A DNA stretch of 64,000 nt, from assembly GCF_009914755.1 (NCBI RefSeq), contig NC_060929.1; one strand, written 5' to 3'. Below are positions 13,106 to 24,125 of the stretch, piece by piece; the stretch's first letter is position 1, and each line of letters opens with the position of its first letter. This DNA is from the human T2T-CHM13v2.0 reference genome, Homo sapiens. Position numbers and translations under genes: made by a program. The notes below the pieces were generated by a model. It saw only the letters and a program-made list of their open reading frames with translations. It had not been told where the DNA came from and did not search any database.

Positions 13106-14508
13106 CTTTTTTTTAAGATGAAAGAGTGATTTTTGTGTTGGTATGTGTTGATGATGATAGAAATAACTATTGAAAACAAAAAACTATTTGCTGAGGTTTT
13201 TGACTCTGTTTTCATCATTGCAGCATGTTCCTTCACAGGCTGTTTCTGTGAGTATGAATAAGGTCTCTGATAGAACTCCTGCCCGAGAGGAAAATGCCGA
13301 ATTAGAATTTGGAGAGGGAACCTCTAAATATCCCATTAGATTAGAGCAGTCATGTTTTTATACAGAAGCTGGATAAAGGAGAAAAGGGAGTATTTCAGCT
13401 AGAGGCTTGGAAAGGCTGACAATGAGTATAGCACAATACAAGCCTCAGTTTATTGTGTCTGGATGAATGCATTGGCATTTCTAGACAGTAACCTATACAT
13501 CTGCTTTCCCGGGGGGAGGGGATGAGCAAGGGAGCCAGAAGACGAGGTGTTTAGGTTGTAAAAATAGAACCAGTGTGAGAGACTGAAGAAAGCCATGCTA
13601 GCAATGACTGGGCTCAGTCACTTATGCAGCTCTGCCACATTCCTCAGAACAAACAGCTATTAAAATCTGAGCACACAAAGCCTGTAGCAGGCTTAGTAAT
13701 GACAAGCACTGTCAGCACACTATAATTAACATAGGGTGGTATAATTTATAAGGAATGCACTATACAGTTTAACGCCAACACAGAGGGGGAATATCTGTTG
13801 TTAGCCTGCAGAATCAAAAGTAGCCTTATCCCTTGATGCCAGCATTTTTCTTTACAAATACTCTTTAATTTATATATATTTTTTAACTCATAAAAGCCTT
13901 TGTCACAGAGTTAGTTCTGTGCAAGGCAAGAGTGAGGCTTGTAGGTGACCCGTAACCTCCCCTCCCCCTCCCATATTAATCAAGAAGGAAAGTCTCAGCA
14001 CACTGTCTTTACTGTACATAATTAAGCGGTTCTGAATGCTCAGTGAAACTCAAATGGGATGGCACAGAGCCTGGTAATATGACAGTTAATGGGATGAGAC
14101 TAGCACTTATTCTGCCTCTATAATAAGCAAAGGCTTTTTGCTTTCCAACTGAGGACAGGAAGAGAAGGAAGCAGTCACAAAAGATAACACCAATGACAAC
14201 ATGGGGTTGTTGGGCACCTCTCTGTACCTCTTATGATTGTTTCCAAAAAGAAAAACACACCCTAACTGGAGGAGATTACCTCTTAATTACCCTTGTTCAG
14301 TGGCTGTAATAAGCAGAGGCTTTTACTTCTGCATAGCCACGGATTGGTTTGAGAAGCATTTCCAGCAAATAGCTCTAATGGGAAGGTTTGTGTCTCTTTA
14401 CTCTTCTTTCACCTCCTGCAAACTTTTAAGCTGGCTGAAATATTGCCTTCATCCTCCTTCCCCAATGAGGAGGACGTTTAATGAAATGATGCTTTATTTT
14501 GCTTTTAG

Positions 14509-14520
14509 AAGATGGCCAAC
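14509..14520 (+). other. Candidate 12-nt microexon, or the 3' end of a first exon encoding M-A-N
   Basis: Branch-like TTAAT (14478-14482), AG-free tract 'tgctttattttgcttttAG', exon AAGATGGCCAAC, donor GTAAGT at 14521. No transcript evidence available. Confidence 0.45.
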
Positions 14521-15779
14521 GTAAGTATTTATCATAAAGGACCGTTTGCTGCATCTGTGGCTTTCTTCCACTGACCTGCAAACACAAAAATAGCATCTCT
14601 TTCCTTCTCTTAAGAAAGAAACTGGGTAAAATTACCTTTGAGGCAAGGAAATGCAGTGATAGAAATTAACAATTATTTTTAGCCACATAATGTTGGTATC
14701 ACAAATTAAAAATGCTTGTTGGCTTTGTCCATTGAACAACTTGGAGAAAAAAATTATCTGTGCTGTATAAGCCGTGAGAATAACAGGCGTAATGCAGTCA
14801 TTAAATAATCCTGCAGAGGAGAAAACATATCAAACATTCATCTGGGAGGCAACTGAGCAGCACCGTGAATCTGTACTCTTTGTGTTATGAGACATCCGTG
14901 GGAAGCAGAAACCTAAAGGAAAAAAGAGACCGGCCCTATAATTCAAGAACAAGTCTCAGTGACTACTCAGAATCCCTTAGCATGTAATTGTCTATAGAGA
15001 GATACTGAAAAGTGAACTCTTATTATTATGGTTTCCAGGGAGGAAGGGGAGGCGGTGACCTGATAGACTTGACTTTACAGAAAGCTGAGATTTGGAATTT
15101 GGGTTTCTATTTTAGGCTCTGCTTCTGACCTTCCGTGCTTCCTTAGAAAGTGCTTTGATTTCCTCAAGAATAAACCAGAAAAATCTCTTTCTGTGCTGTG
15201 AGGCTTTCAAATGCAAGGGAGTCATCAGAGGCCTGATCAGCATCCAACATTCTATTTCTTTTGGGGATTGTGTTCTAAGATTAGAGATAGCATTTGGCTC
15301 CTGAGAGTGTTTTCCCTGGGCTTAGTTGGGAATGCAGGTGTTTTGCTTGAGAAATTGGGGCTGGAAACAGTGAGAAACCCTCTGTTTTTGAAAGGTAACA
15401 ATTTGGAGAACTGAAAACCTTCACTTCCTTTCCATAAGGATGAACAGAAGTCCTTTCATTCACATCCATCATATTTTATTTCGGATTCAGAAACCTTTTA
15501 ATTTCAGCAGAAATCTCAGCATATGTTATCTTGCTCCAAAACAGCAAACGATGGCTTAAAATATATTCATGCATTTGAAGTGCTCACTCTCAAAACAATA
15601 TATATATATATGTATATTTCTACTCATATGGCACATATTTCAGCAATTTTGTAGAGTTTTTTTTCTCTTTCTTCTTCCTCTTGCTTTAAACTATGCAAGC
15701 ACGAAGCAAATATAAAGAGAATTCAAGAGCATTTTGTAATTCTTGAAAGGTTAATTGCACTATTTATAGACCAAACTGT

Positions 15780-16100
15780 AAAGCAAAAACCCTCAGCGTG
15801 ACCCTTCAGGGTCACCGTAGTAATAGCAACCTCAGTGGAGACCTGACCAGTCATGAATTACTGTCTGTGATACTGAGAATGCTGACAGTTCAATCACAGC
15901 ACTGTTTCAATAGAGAACTCCATATATTTAAAGCGCTGATACTGTTTTCCCTCTAAATGACAGGCTTGACAGATGGGCCAAAAGCACCGCAGACGTTTGA
16001 ACAAGGAAATAGAGAGGGAGCCTGCTGGAAGCTGGGCCTCATGCAGCCAGGCGAGAATGATGAATAGAGTGTGATTGTGTCTGACAGGTAGTAATATAAC
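15780..16100. promoter_or_regulatory. Putative enhancer (TALE/MEIS motif cluster)
   Basis: TGACAG at 15883, 15958, 15967, 16082; CAGATG E-box at 15970; palindrome at 15798-15815; unique sequence. Confidence 0.4.
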
Positions 16101-19100
16101 TATTCATTCACCACAGAACACCTGGAGCACACTATATTAAATGGTACAAGATGGAGAGATTCTGTGACAAGAATAGGAAGTGTGAATTCCGGGCTGAGTT
16201 TAGGTACAGCAATATAAGAGGTCAGGGGTCAAGCAATATAAACTGCCTCCGAGAAGGCTGTAATTAAATTATTTGCTTACTAAAGTGTTTCTAATGTTTT
16301 GCTAACATGTTGCCAGGATGATTACTTCAGCATGTCTGAACATTTCAGATAGAAGCAGCTTCCTCCTCTCTCTCTTTTATTTTCTCTCTCTCTCTCCCTG
16401 ATAACTCTCGTTATTATTATTACTTTTTTATCATCTGAAGTCTCTTTCTCTCTTTCTGGCTCTGTTGCTACTGCTCCAAATAATAGTCCTGGAAAAATCA
16501 AGAGAGAGGTTGACTGGCCAGAGAGCTGTCATCCCAGCAAAAGCACCTCCTGTGACCCCGGTGTCACTCTGCTTGGATGAGGGTGGCATGGAAGTCAGTC
16601 ATTATCGGGTCATATGACTGGTGGCATTCTTTCATGTGCGAAGCAGGAAAGAAAGCTGAAAGGACTGCAGGCCTCATGGAGGGACAAGGGTGTGTCTGCA
16701 AATGTTTGCCTTTTGCCTCTGAAGTCAGTGAAAACACTGAGATGCTGCTGACCAGCTAAAGAATTATTTTCAAAGCAAAGGGTGAGGTTAGGGCCGGGGA
16801 TTTCAACAGAGTTGGACTATTTTGCAGACCATGTGACTGACCTCTTCTACAACCTTCCACTGCACACATGCTAAATATTGCTACACCTGCTTCAGTATTA
16901 ATTTTTAATTACCGTGTCTGATTGTCACATTCTGAAAGCTTTATTCCCAGGAAGTATCATGTCATAAGACATGATTGAGCAGACTCTTTCCAATTTGGCA
17001 TTTTAACTTATGTATGCATGTATTATATATCACTTACATATACAGAAAAGACATAAAATGTCAGAGTTAAGATAGCGCTCCATTTCACAATGTGTGTGTG
17101 TGTATGCGTGTGTGACAGCACATGCATTTATATTCTGCATTTTGAGTCCCACTAATAAACAGGAAGCCGGTAGTGAACCCTAGTTTTTTTTTTTTTTTCT
17201 AAGGTCCTTGGGAAAGGAAACACTTGGTGGTGGCTTTTACATGGGCAAATGTTCATCAACTGCCGCCTCAAATTAGTTTTGCTTGTCACTTTCTTTATTC
17301 ACAGGATCCTGTGACAGCCAAGGAAGGTTACAGTGCTGCCGTTGCTGTGCTATTTGGAGGGTCCCTTTGGGAGCTGAGAGGCTGGTCACTTTTGTGTTTT
17401 CACATTCCATTTTCTCTTTTTGTCTTTGAGGCTGATTTGGCTGGTATGAAGATGGCTCCGACAGCAGGCTCACTGCCTATGTAAAAGCCCCATGTACCCA
17501 ACCTCACAATTTCAGATTTGCCTTGCTTATGGAAAACACATTGTAAATAGGTGTAGTTCTTTTTTCCCAGCTTACTGCGGTGGGAGACCATGGGTTAACA
17601 CTTACGAAAAGATTTTGCATGTGACCTCTCTGATTAGCTATGGAAAACAAAATCCAATTAAAGCAGCACCCCCTCCCCCATATAAACCCTACCAATCTTG
17701 CACCTTCCCTTAGCACTCCTTCACACCGTTCTTTTCCTGCTGGTATTGCTCAGCTGTTTTAAATATTGTTGGTTATTGACTGAATTACAGATATTTCTAT
17801 ATCTTTATCTGTATCTATAAATCTTCATATATTTTATCTGGCTCATCCTATGAAAGAATATTTAATAGCTGTTATCTCTATTCTGGCCCCAAAAGAATGT
17901 GTTCTTGAGAATTGGACAAATGTGCAAAATCCTATGAGACACACCAAATAAGAGTACATAATAAAACCTCTCCTTTTTTTTCAGTCTTGGTGAGATTTCC
18001 CCATATTAGTCTTCTTTGTGGATATCAAGTGCAGATACTTTTTGTAGACATACAACCAAATGTTTCTCATTGCCTCTCCACCTTCTTTTTAAAATAAACT
18101 CACTTTACTTGTTGAATTGAGCACAGTCATTGTGTGGCCTTGTATCTAATGCATATCCTTTTTCCTTCCAGTTGAGAGCCTGCACAATACTTAGTGCTGC
18201 CAATAAGGGGAAAGTGACTGTTTTGCAAAATAATCAAATTGGATTATCCAGTGTGTAAATAGGCACTCAGTCTTTTTTTCCCATGTAAATCAGGAAAAGC
18301 AATTTGTTTTTGCAGAAAAAAACCTGCAACGCTGCTCACGGCTCCCCCATCTTGGCTGGCATTGGGAGTTCATTATAGGTGAGGAAAAAGAATTTGTTAG
18401 CACCCATACAGCTGAAGACAGTAATTAACTAATTTGCTTCCATTTTTCTGCAGTTTAAACATAGGTATTATGAAAAATATTCTGTTGAGTAACTTGAAAT
18501 CTTGTGATTCATATTAAGATAATAACATGAGCTGGGTTACTAGATTCTTAAAGATCCATTAAAAAAACTATATGCAAATTTGCCCAATAATTTATTATTT
18601 GTGTGTAGTTAGAATCAGATTTGTGCATCACAAGGATGAATTAAACCTTGGTTTCTTTCAGGAAACAGTGGGTCAGGGTTGCCATGGTGTAAATTGGCAT
18701 CATTTGAAATGAAAAGCCATATCACTTCATTTGTGCATTGAAGAAAATTGCTAATTTTTAAGAACTGTTTTCATCTTATGAGAGTAAATCAGAAATGTGG
18801 TTAAAATTAATATTAGCAATTTAATAGTCTTGGACACCCATACTGATTAGGGCTCCTTTAATGATTGCTAAGAAAGTGGAATTATAAAATAGTAGAATTA
18901 AAAGGAATCTTAGCAGTTATTTTGACCTGTGAAGCAGTCAAACTCAGAATTATAGTTTAGAGTGCTGTGTAGTTCTTGGACCAAAGAATTCAGGTTTGCT
19001 TCATTTTAGTTTAGGGCCTACTCCACTCACTGTAGTGAGAAAGAGATGAGGCATAAAATAGCCACCTATTGAAAGAGATGATATCCAGAACTGCTAGATA

Positions 19101-19354
19101 CTATATGATATAAGTTTATAAGGTTTAGGGTTTAGTTTAAAATGTATAATGAGCATACATAGGTATGACTCATGCTTATTCTCACCTGTTTTCTCTTTTA
19201 ACAGTATCAAAGGTAGACATTTTTTTCTTTTTATTCTTGCCTTCCATTAGCCCAGTTGCAAGTCCTGAACAATGAAACACTGGAAAATGAAAATTTGAAA
19301 AATATTAAGTTCTATTAGGGGGAAAGTTGTAGTCTCTAAGTAGGTGGTCTTGAA

Positions 19355-19410
19355 GAAGGAGAAGGAAGAGGAGAAGGAGGAGGAGGAGGAGAAAAAGGAG
19401 GAGAGGGATT
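19355..19410. repeat. GA-rich / (GGA)n low-complexity tract
   Basis: Read directly from the sequence. Confidence 0.9.
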
Positions 19411-19543
19411 AAAGAGAGTGAGTATTGGGGGCTGATATGTAGAAGACTAATCTTTGTATTCTCGTGTATCATATAAGCTACCTTGGTTAGGTTTTCTAAT
19501 CTCCATTGCAGAGACTAATATAGATGGAACCCATGGCATCTGT

Positions 19544-19752
19544 AAAGTGATATTTGTAGATCTCCCTGAACTAGCAAGGGCAGCAATATTCTAGATGTGA
19601 GTGTGATTATGAATGTTTCTTGGCCACCTCTATCATTGCTGATCCTCACGTTTGATGTCTCAAGCAGTATTTGTAACCACAGATTATGACTGGTGCACAC
19701 ATTTCTAAGAAAGTGGTATTTGTGGATCTCCCTGAACCAGCAAGGGCAGCAA
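19544..19752 (+). repeat. 43-bp direct repeat pair (19544-19586 and 19710-19752)
   Basis: AAAGTGRTATTTGTRGATCTCCCTGAACYAGCAAGGGCAGCAA, 40/43 identical, 123-bp spacer. Confidence 0.95.
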
Positions 19753-20099
19753 GCTCTCTGACGCAAACCACGGTGTCCCCATGCAGAATAAAGTAAGGAC
19801 TGTTAAAATAAACAAACAAAAAACCAAACTGAGCAGACTGCCAATAAAAAGGCAAAAATCACATCTTCCCATAGTTTTAATTTATGAGGGCAAATTATAG
19901 GGGATAAACTAAAAATAAAAGACATTTAATGAAGTATTTTGCATAATATTGTATTTGAAAGTGCAAATGGCATGCTTGTAAGGGAAGACAGAGGGGGAAA
20001 AAAAACTAGTAAAAGAGCATTGTGCTAAAGCCTGCAGGTAAATATTAGGCTTTAAGATGAAAAGCTACAATTTGGAAAAGTGTTATTGATTGGAATTTT

Positions 20100-20860
20100 C
20101 TCTGCAAGCATCATTTTAGGACGCATCTATAGGATTTATTCCATACAATAGAGGCTTGCAGTCACCGTGTCAGGATCCGCCTTGCTTGGGCATCAGACTT
20201 CAATTAGATAATGACCATGCCAGGGAGTGAATAGCCAGAGAGTCATTCATCTTCCTCTGTACGTGACATAGTGTAACGGGTGTTTCTGACGATCTGTGCA
20301 CATTGAATTAGGTCATTGCTGAGTTTGTCGGCTTTGAGAGAGTCTGTGCATTTACATGTGATGATTTCACCCCCCTTTCCTTCCCTCTCCTTCCCCTCAA
20401 ACAGCATCTATTGTTCTGGAGCCCATATTATACTGGGATCTGAATTTATGTCCGTGGATTATAAGCAAGGGACACTACCACAGACCGTAATCAGCTCATT
20501 AGCATTCTGCTCATGTGAGCCAGTGTGAGTACAATTTTCGATGGCCTAATGTGACAGGTAATCATAAATTAGTATTTGCTTTAAAACAACAGCAGAGTAC
20601 ACAGCCTGCATGCTTAAGGAGAATGACTCAGTAAGTAGTACAGCTCTGTAATGAAGTGGGAGCTCATTAAACAGATGCTATCTACTTCACTGAGCTGCAG
20701 AGGCAGCAAACAAACCAAACGGAAATGTTTCAACAGAACACTGCAGTCAACCAGGACAAGTTCAGGTTCATTAGCTGTGGCACAATCTACAGGAATTACT
20801 CACAGTAATAATTAAACAGTTGCTTGCTAATTTATCATTTTACATTTGTTACTACATTTG
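20100..20860. promoter_or_regulatory. Putative enhancer
   Basis: TGACAGGTAATCATAAATT at 20552, AP-1 TGACTCA at 20624, several TAAT cores, locally retained CpGs, no repeats. Confidence 0.3.
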
Positions 20861-21760
20861 CATAATGTGTCCCCCCATCTCTGGTTATATTAAAATGACC
20901 CTATCTGTGTGTGAAAAATGAAAACCATGTGGGTTTTTGTTTTGATTTGTTTTTTTGAAAGACTTATCAGAAGTAGCCTGTATTTGGCAGTTAGTTGGTA
21001 ATAACCTTGTTGTTTACTTCAAATATTTAAGCTGTATCTTTATTATAATATTGGCATTGTGTCATTTTTAACAAGCAGCACTTAGGAGGCCATCCTGGGA
21101 GGAGATAAAGACCCAGACTTGTCCTTAAGCGACTAAGTGGCAAGCAGGATAAAATAGGAACTTAGCAGCCGACATAGCTAAATTAACCTGCTGTTGGGAA
21201 GAGCTTGGCATGCAACTCTGTAATTTCACTGTCCAAAAATAACAAAGCCATGGAGTGAGACTTAATGCAGAGCAGACGTCAGGAGTAGTTTTTCTGTAGA
21301 TTCCTCAGGTTGTGTCGGGATGATCTGCTCTTCTTCAGAAACAAAGTCATGTGGTCTCTTTTTTGTGAAGCAGTTGCTTAAAGCCGATAAAATACCAAAT
21401 TTCACCTTGGTTAGACAAGGATTTAGAGGGAACTGCTAAACACCATGGTGATTAGCATTAAAATGTCTATGAAGCCACAGGATTCAAGGGGTGGGGAGTG
21501 AGAAGGTTGTTGGGGGTAGACGTGAGGCTGGGAGAGCCAAATTAAAAGCAGAAGGAGAGAGACTGCTCCTTCTATATCGTGGCCATGTTTGGGTTGGTTG
21601 GTGATGCGGTGATAAATTATTCAGTGGAAGCAACACAGAACAAGGACAATTTTTTCAATTTTAATTAATTATCACTTATTGTTATTGATATGAATTCCCT
21701 TTATGATGTAAAATAAACCATTGAATGCTTTTTTTGTGTTCTCATTCTTTTCTTTCTCAG

Positions 21761-21803
21761 GGAACTTCAGTTTTAGCAGCAGCCTAGAAGTGTGTCTGGG
21801 GAA
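21761..21803 (+). other. Candidate 43-nt cassette exon
   Basis: Long pyrimidine tract 'tttttttgtgttctcattcttttctttctcAG' and donor GAA|GTAAGG. Confidence 0.3.
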
Positions 21804-22352
21804 GTAAGGGTTATCTTGAAAAAGCTTTGGCTCTGTGGGCTCTGAGAGATAGAAACCTAGATGGAGGCAAACACCAAAGACAAATTTTACTTATTTGCTT
21901 ATGTTTGGCCAAAGTTGGAGTTCAGCCAGGGATAGTACTCCTTTCTTCCCTCTTGATCTTGGTTGTGTCCCTTTGGAAACCTAGCGTTTCTAGCAGTGCA
22001 AACCGATGAGGTATTCTAAGGTTCTGAAATCTTTATGAGAGTGTATGTGGGTAAAATCTACCTTCTTATAGTGCACTGTGCGAGAATGTGAAGACATTCA
22101 GAAAACATTAGTGGCCAATTAAAAATGAAGATGTATAAACCGAGGAGAGACGTGAAGCACGTTATGTTTATGACAGAACACACAGGCAATGCAAACTGCC
22201 ATTTAGTGTGTTGGCAAGGGCCATTAGAGCTTTCTCAGGAAATCAAAACATACGCCTTGTTATAAAGAGTTTTAGAATATGCATATTGCCTCTGTTTTGT
22301 CAGTAAATTTAGGGTAGTAGAATATTAATTTTTAAAAATGTTAAATAATTCA

Positions 22353-22810
22353 CTGCAGTGGTCATTCGCATTTTATCTGTTTCAACAGCATCTTTTCCTT
22401 TCAGTAGTTGTTCCTCCCTTATCCAGGGAGGCTAGAAACCACATGGCCCCCTATCCCATGCCCCAGGAATGGGCATGGTACCCGGCCTGGCTATCACAGT
22501 ACACCATTCCCCTGGCTACAGTGATTGAGTCAGGTACGGACATGTGACCCAACAGGCCCATTCGAACATTTCCTGAGAGTATTACTGGAGCTTTTGAAAG
22601 AGGGCTCCGTGTCATTGAGGACTGCTAGCTCTAGTGCTCTGAGCTGCCATGGGCTGTCTTTGACCCCAGGTCGAAAGAGCTTGTCAAAAAACAAATTCGA
22701 TGCAGAGAAAAACTGAAAAGAGAGACAGAGAAATGAGTGAGCCAATATTTTCCCTGCTTGCTTAAGCCATTCTGTGACTATTTTCCAGTACTTTTAACTT
22801 GAAGACATAC
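22353..22810 (+). mobile_element. Old MaLR LTR (MLT1J/K group)
   Basis: 'ccattcccctggctacagtgattg...ggacatgtgaccca' and 3' 'gagccaatattttccctgcttgcttaagcca'. Confidence 0.7.
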
Positions 22811-23351
22811 CTTTATTTTATGGTGGAAACTGAGGCCCAGTTGGTGAAATGCATAGTCTGTTTACTTGTACCCCAGTTTCCTTTTCTCTTGTACATAAAT
22901 GAACATATTTTAGATTAGTTCTGTGATCTGATGAGTCCTTATAAGTAGTGATTGCTTACAATATTAAATAATATTTTTTAGTATTATAGTAATAATCAAT
23001 AAAAATATCTATAGTACTAAACAAGATGTAGTGATTGAAGAAACATATTCTTGGGTTCATTGTGAGAAAACCAAATCTTTGCTGTTCTCAGCTTTAACCC
23101 ATCTTTAACCACCTCCAAGCTGGCCTCTGTCCCTTTCTTACCATCTTTATCTACTTAGTCTCTCATTCTGTTGAACTTGGGTCAAAACTATCTTCCTCAT
23201 GCCAACTTCCCCAACTCCATAGACTTGGGGAAACCAATCCATATCATCTTAGGGTTCATCATTTTCTTCTGAGGTCTTCTCACACTTGTTGCTTTGCATT
23301 TTTTCCCATGTTTATCTGATTAATGTCAGGTAAACATTATCTCTGCCACTA

Positions 23352-23424
23352 TGTGTAGGTATGTGTATGTGTGTGTATATCTATTTATCTATCTATCTAC
23401 CTATCTATCTATCTATATCTATCA
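23352..23424. repeat. Compound (TG)/(TCTA)n repeat
   Basis: Read directly from the sequence. Confidence 0.9.
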
Positions 23425-24034
23425 TTATTGACTGAGTATCCTATTCATATCGAATTTCTAGGTTAAATTCAGGAAACTACAACTGATGTTTCCTTAAATT
23501 TTACATCTTTTTAAAGTGATTCAAGTTTAGTTAATAACTATATTGTGATAATGTTAGTTTTATAAATGCCCAAGTTTAGTTAATATGCAGCTAGAGAGCT
23601 CCCGACTGGGCATTGACAGTAATATTTCACTAATAATAGTTGCCGTGAGATGGATCAAGTATATCTCAGAAGCAAGAAAGCTTGGAGAATGCTATTAACT
23701 CAGCCTTGGCCTGGGTAAATATTCTAGGAAATAGATTTGGCACTGATCTGAGTGTTTTATCAGTAATTTTTTTAAAAGGCCAGTTCAAATAATTCACCTT
23801 TCCTTCCTAAGAAAATATGTGATTATTTGTTTTTTTCTTTTTTTTTGAGAGAAATGTGTGGCACTTTATTATCTATTTTTAAAAATTTTTGTGAGTGTAC
23901 ATAGTAGGTATATATTACATATGGTTACTTAAATTTGAGCTAAATAACACCTTATTTTGACTCTTTGGTTGAAAGAACAAGGAAGGGGTTTGGAAGACCT
24001 TAAGTGTGTTTTCAGCTTAGGCTTAGTTCCAGTA

Positions 24035-24125
24035 ATGCTATAATTTTCAGTTTCCCATTCATAAAATTTGGCTTAATATTACCTTCCCATAACTTCATGG
24101 TTGTTAGGAAAATAAATTGGCCTTT
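24035..24125 (+). mobile_element. MIR core fragment
   Basis: 'tcagtttcccattcataaaatttggcttaatattaccttccc...ggttgttaggaaaataaa'. Confidence 0.55.

Noticed and set aside
17180-17490. Exon after the poly-T acceptor at 17203 and overlapping ORFs at 17224-17716
   Set aside because: The acceptor is AAG, I found no convincing donor, and the peptides are unrecognisable.
19175-19220. 8-nt microexon (ACAG|TATCAAAG|GTAGAC)
   Set aside because: The donor is weak and the length is not a multiple of 3.
19544-19752. CRISPR-like or mini-LTR reading of the direct repeat
   Set aside because: There are only two copies, the spacer is 123 bp, the context is eukaryotic, and there are no cas genes or TG...CA ends.
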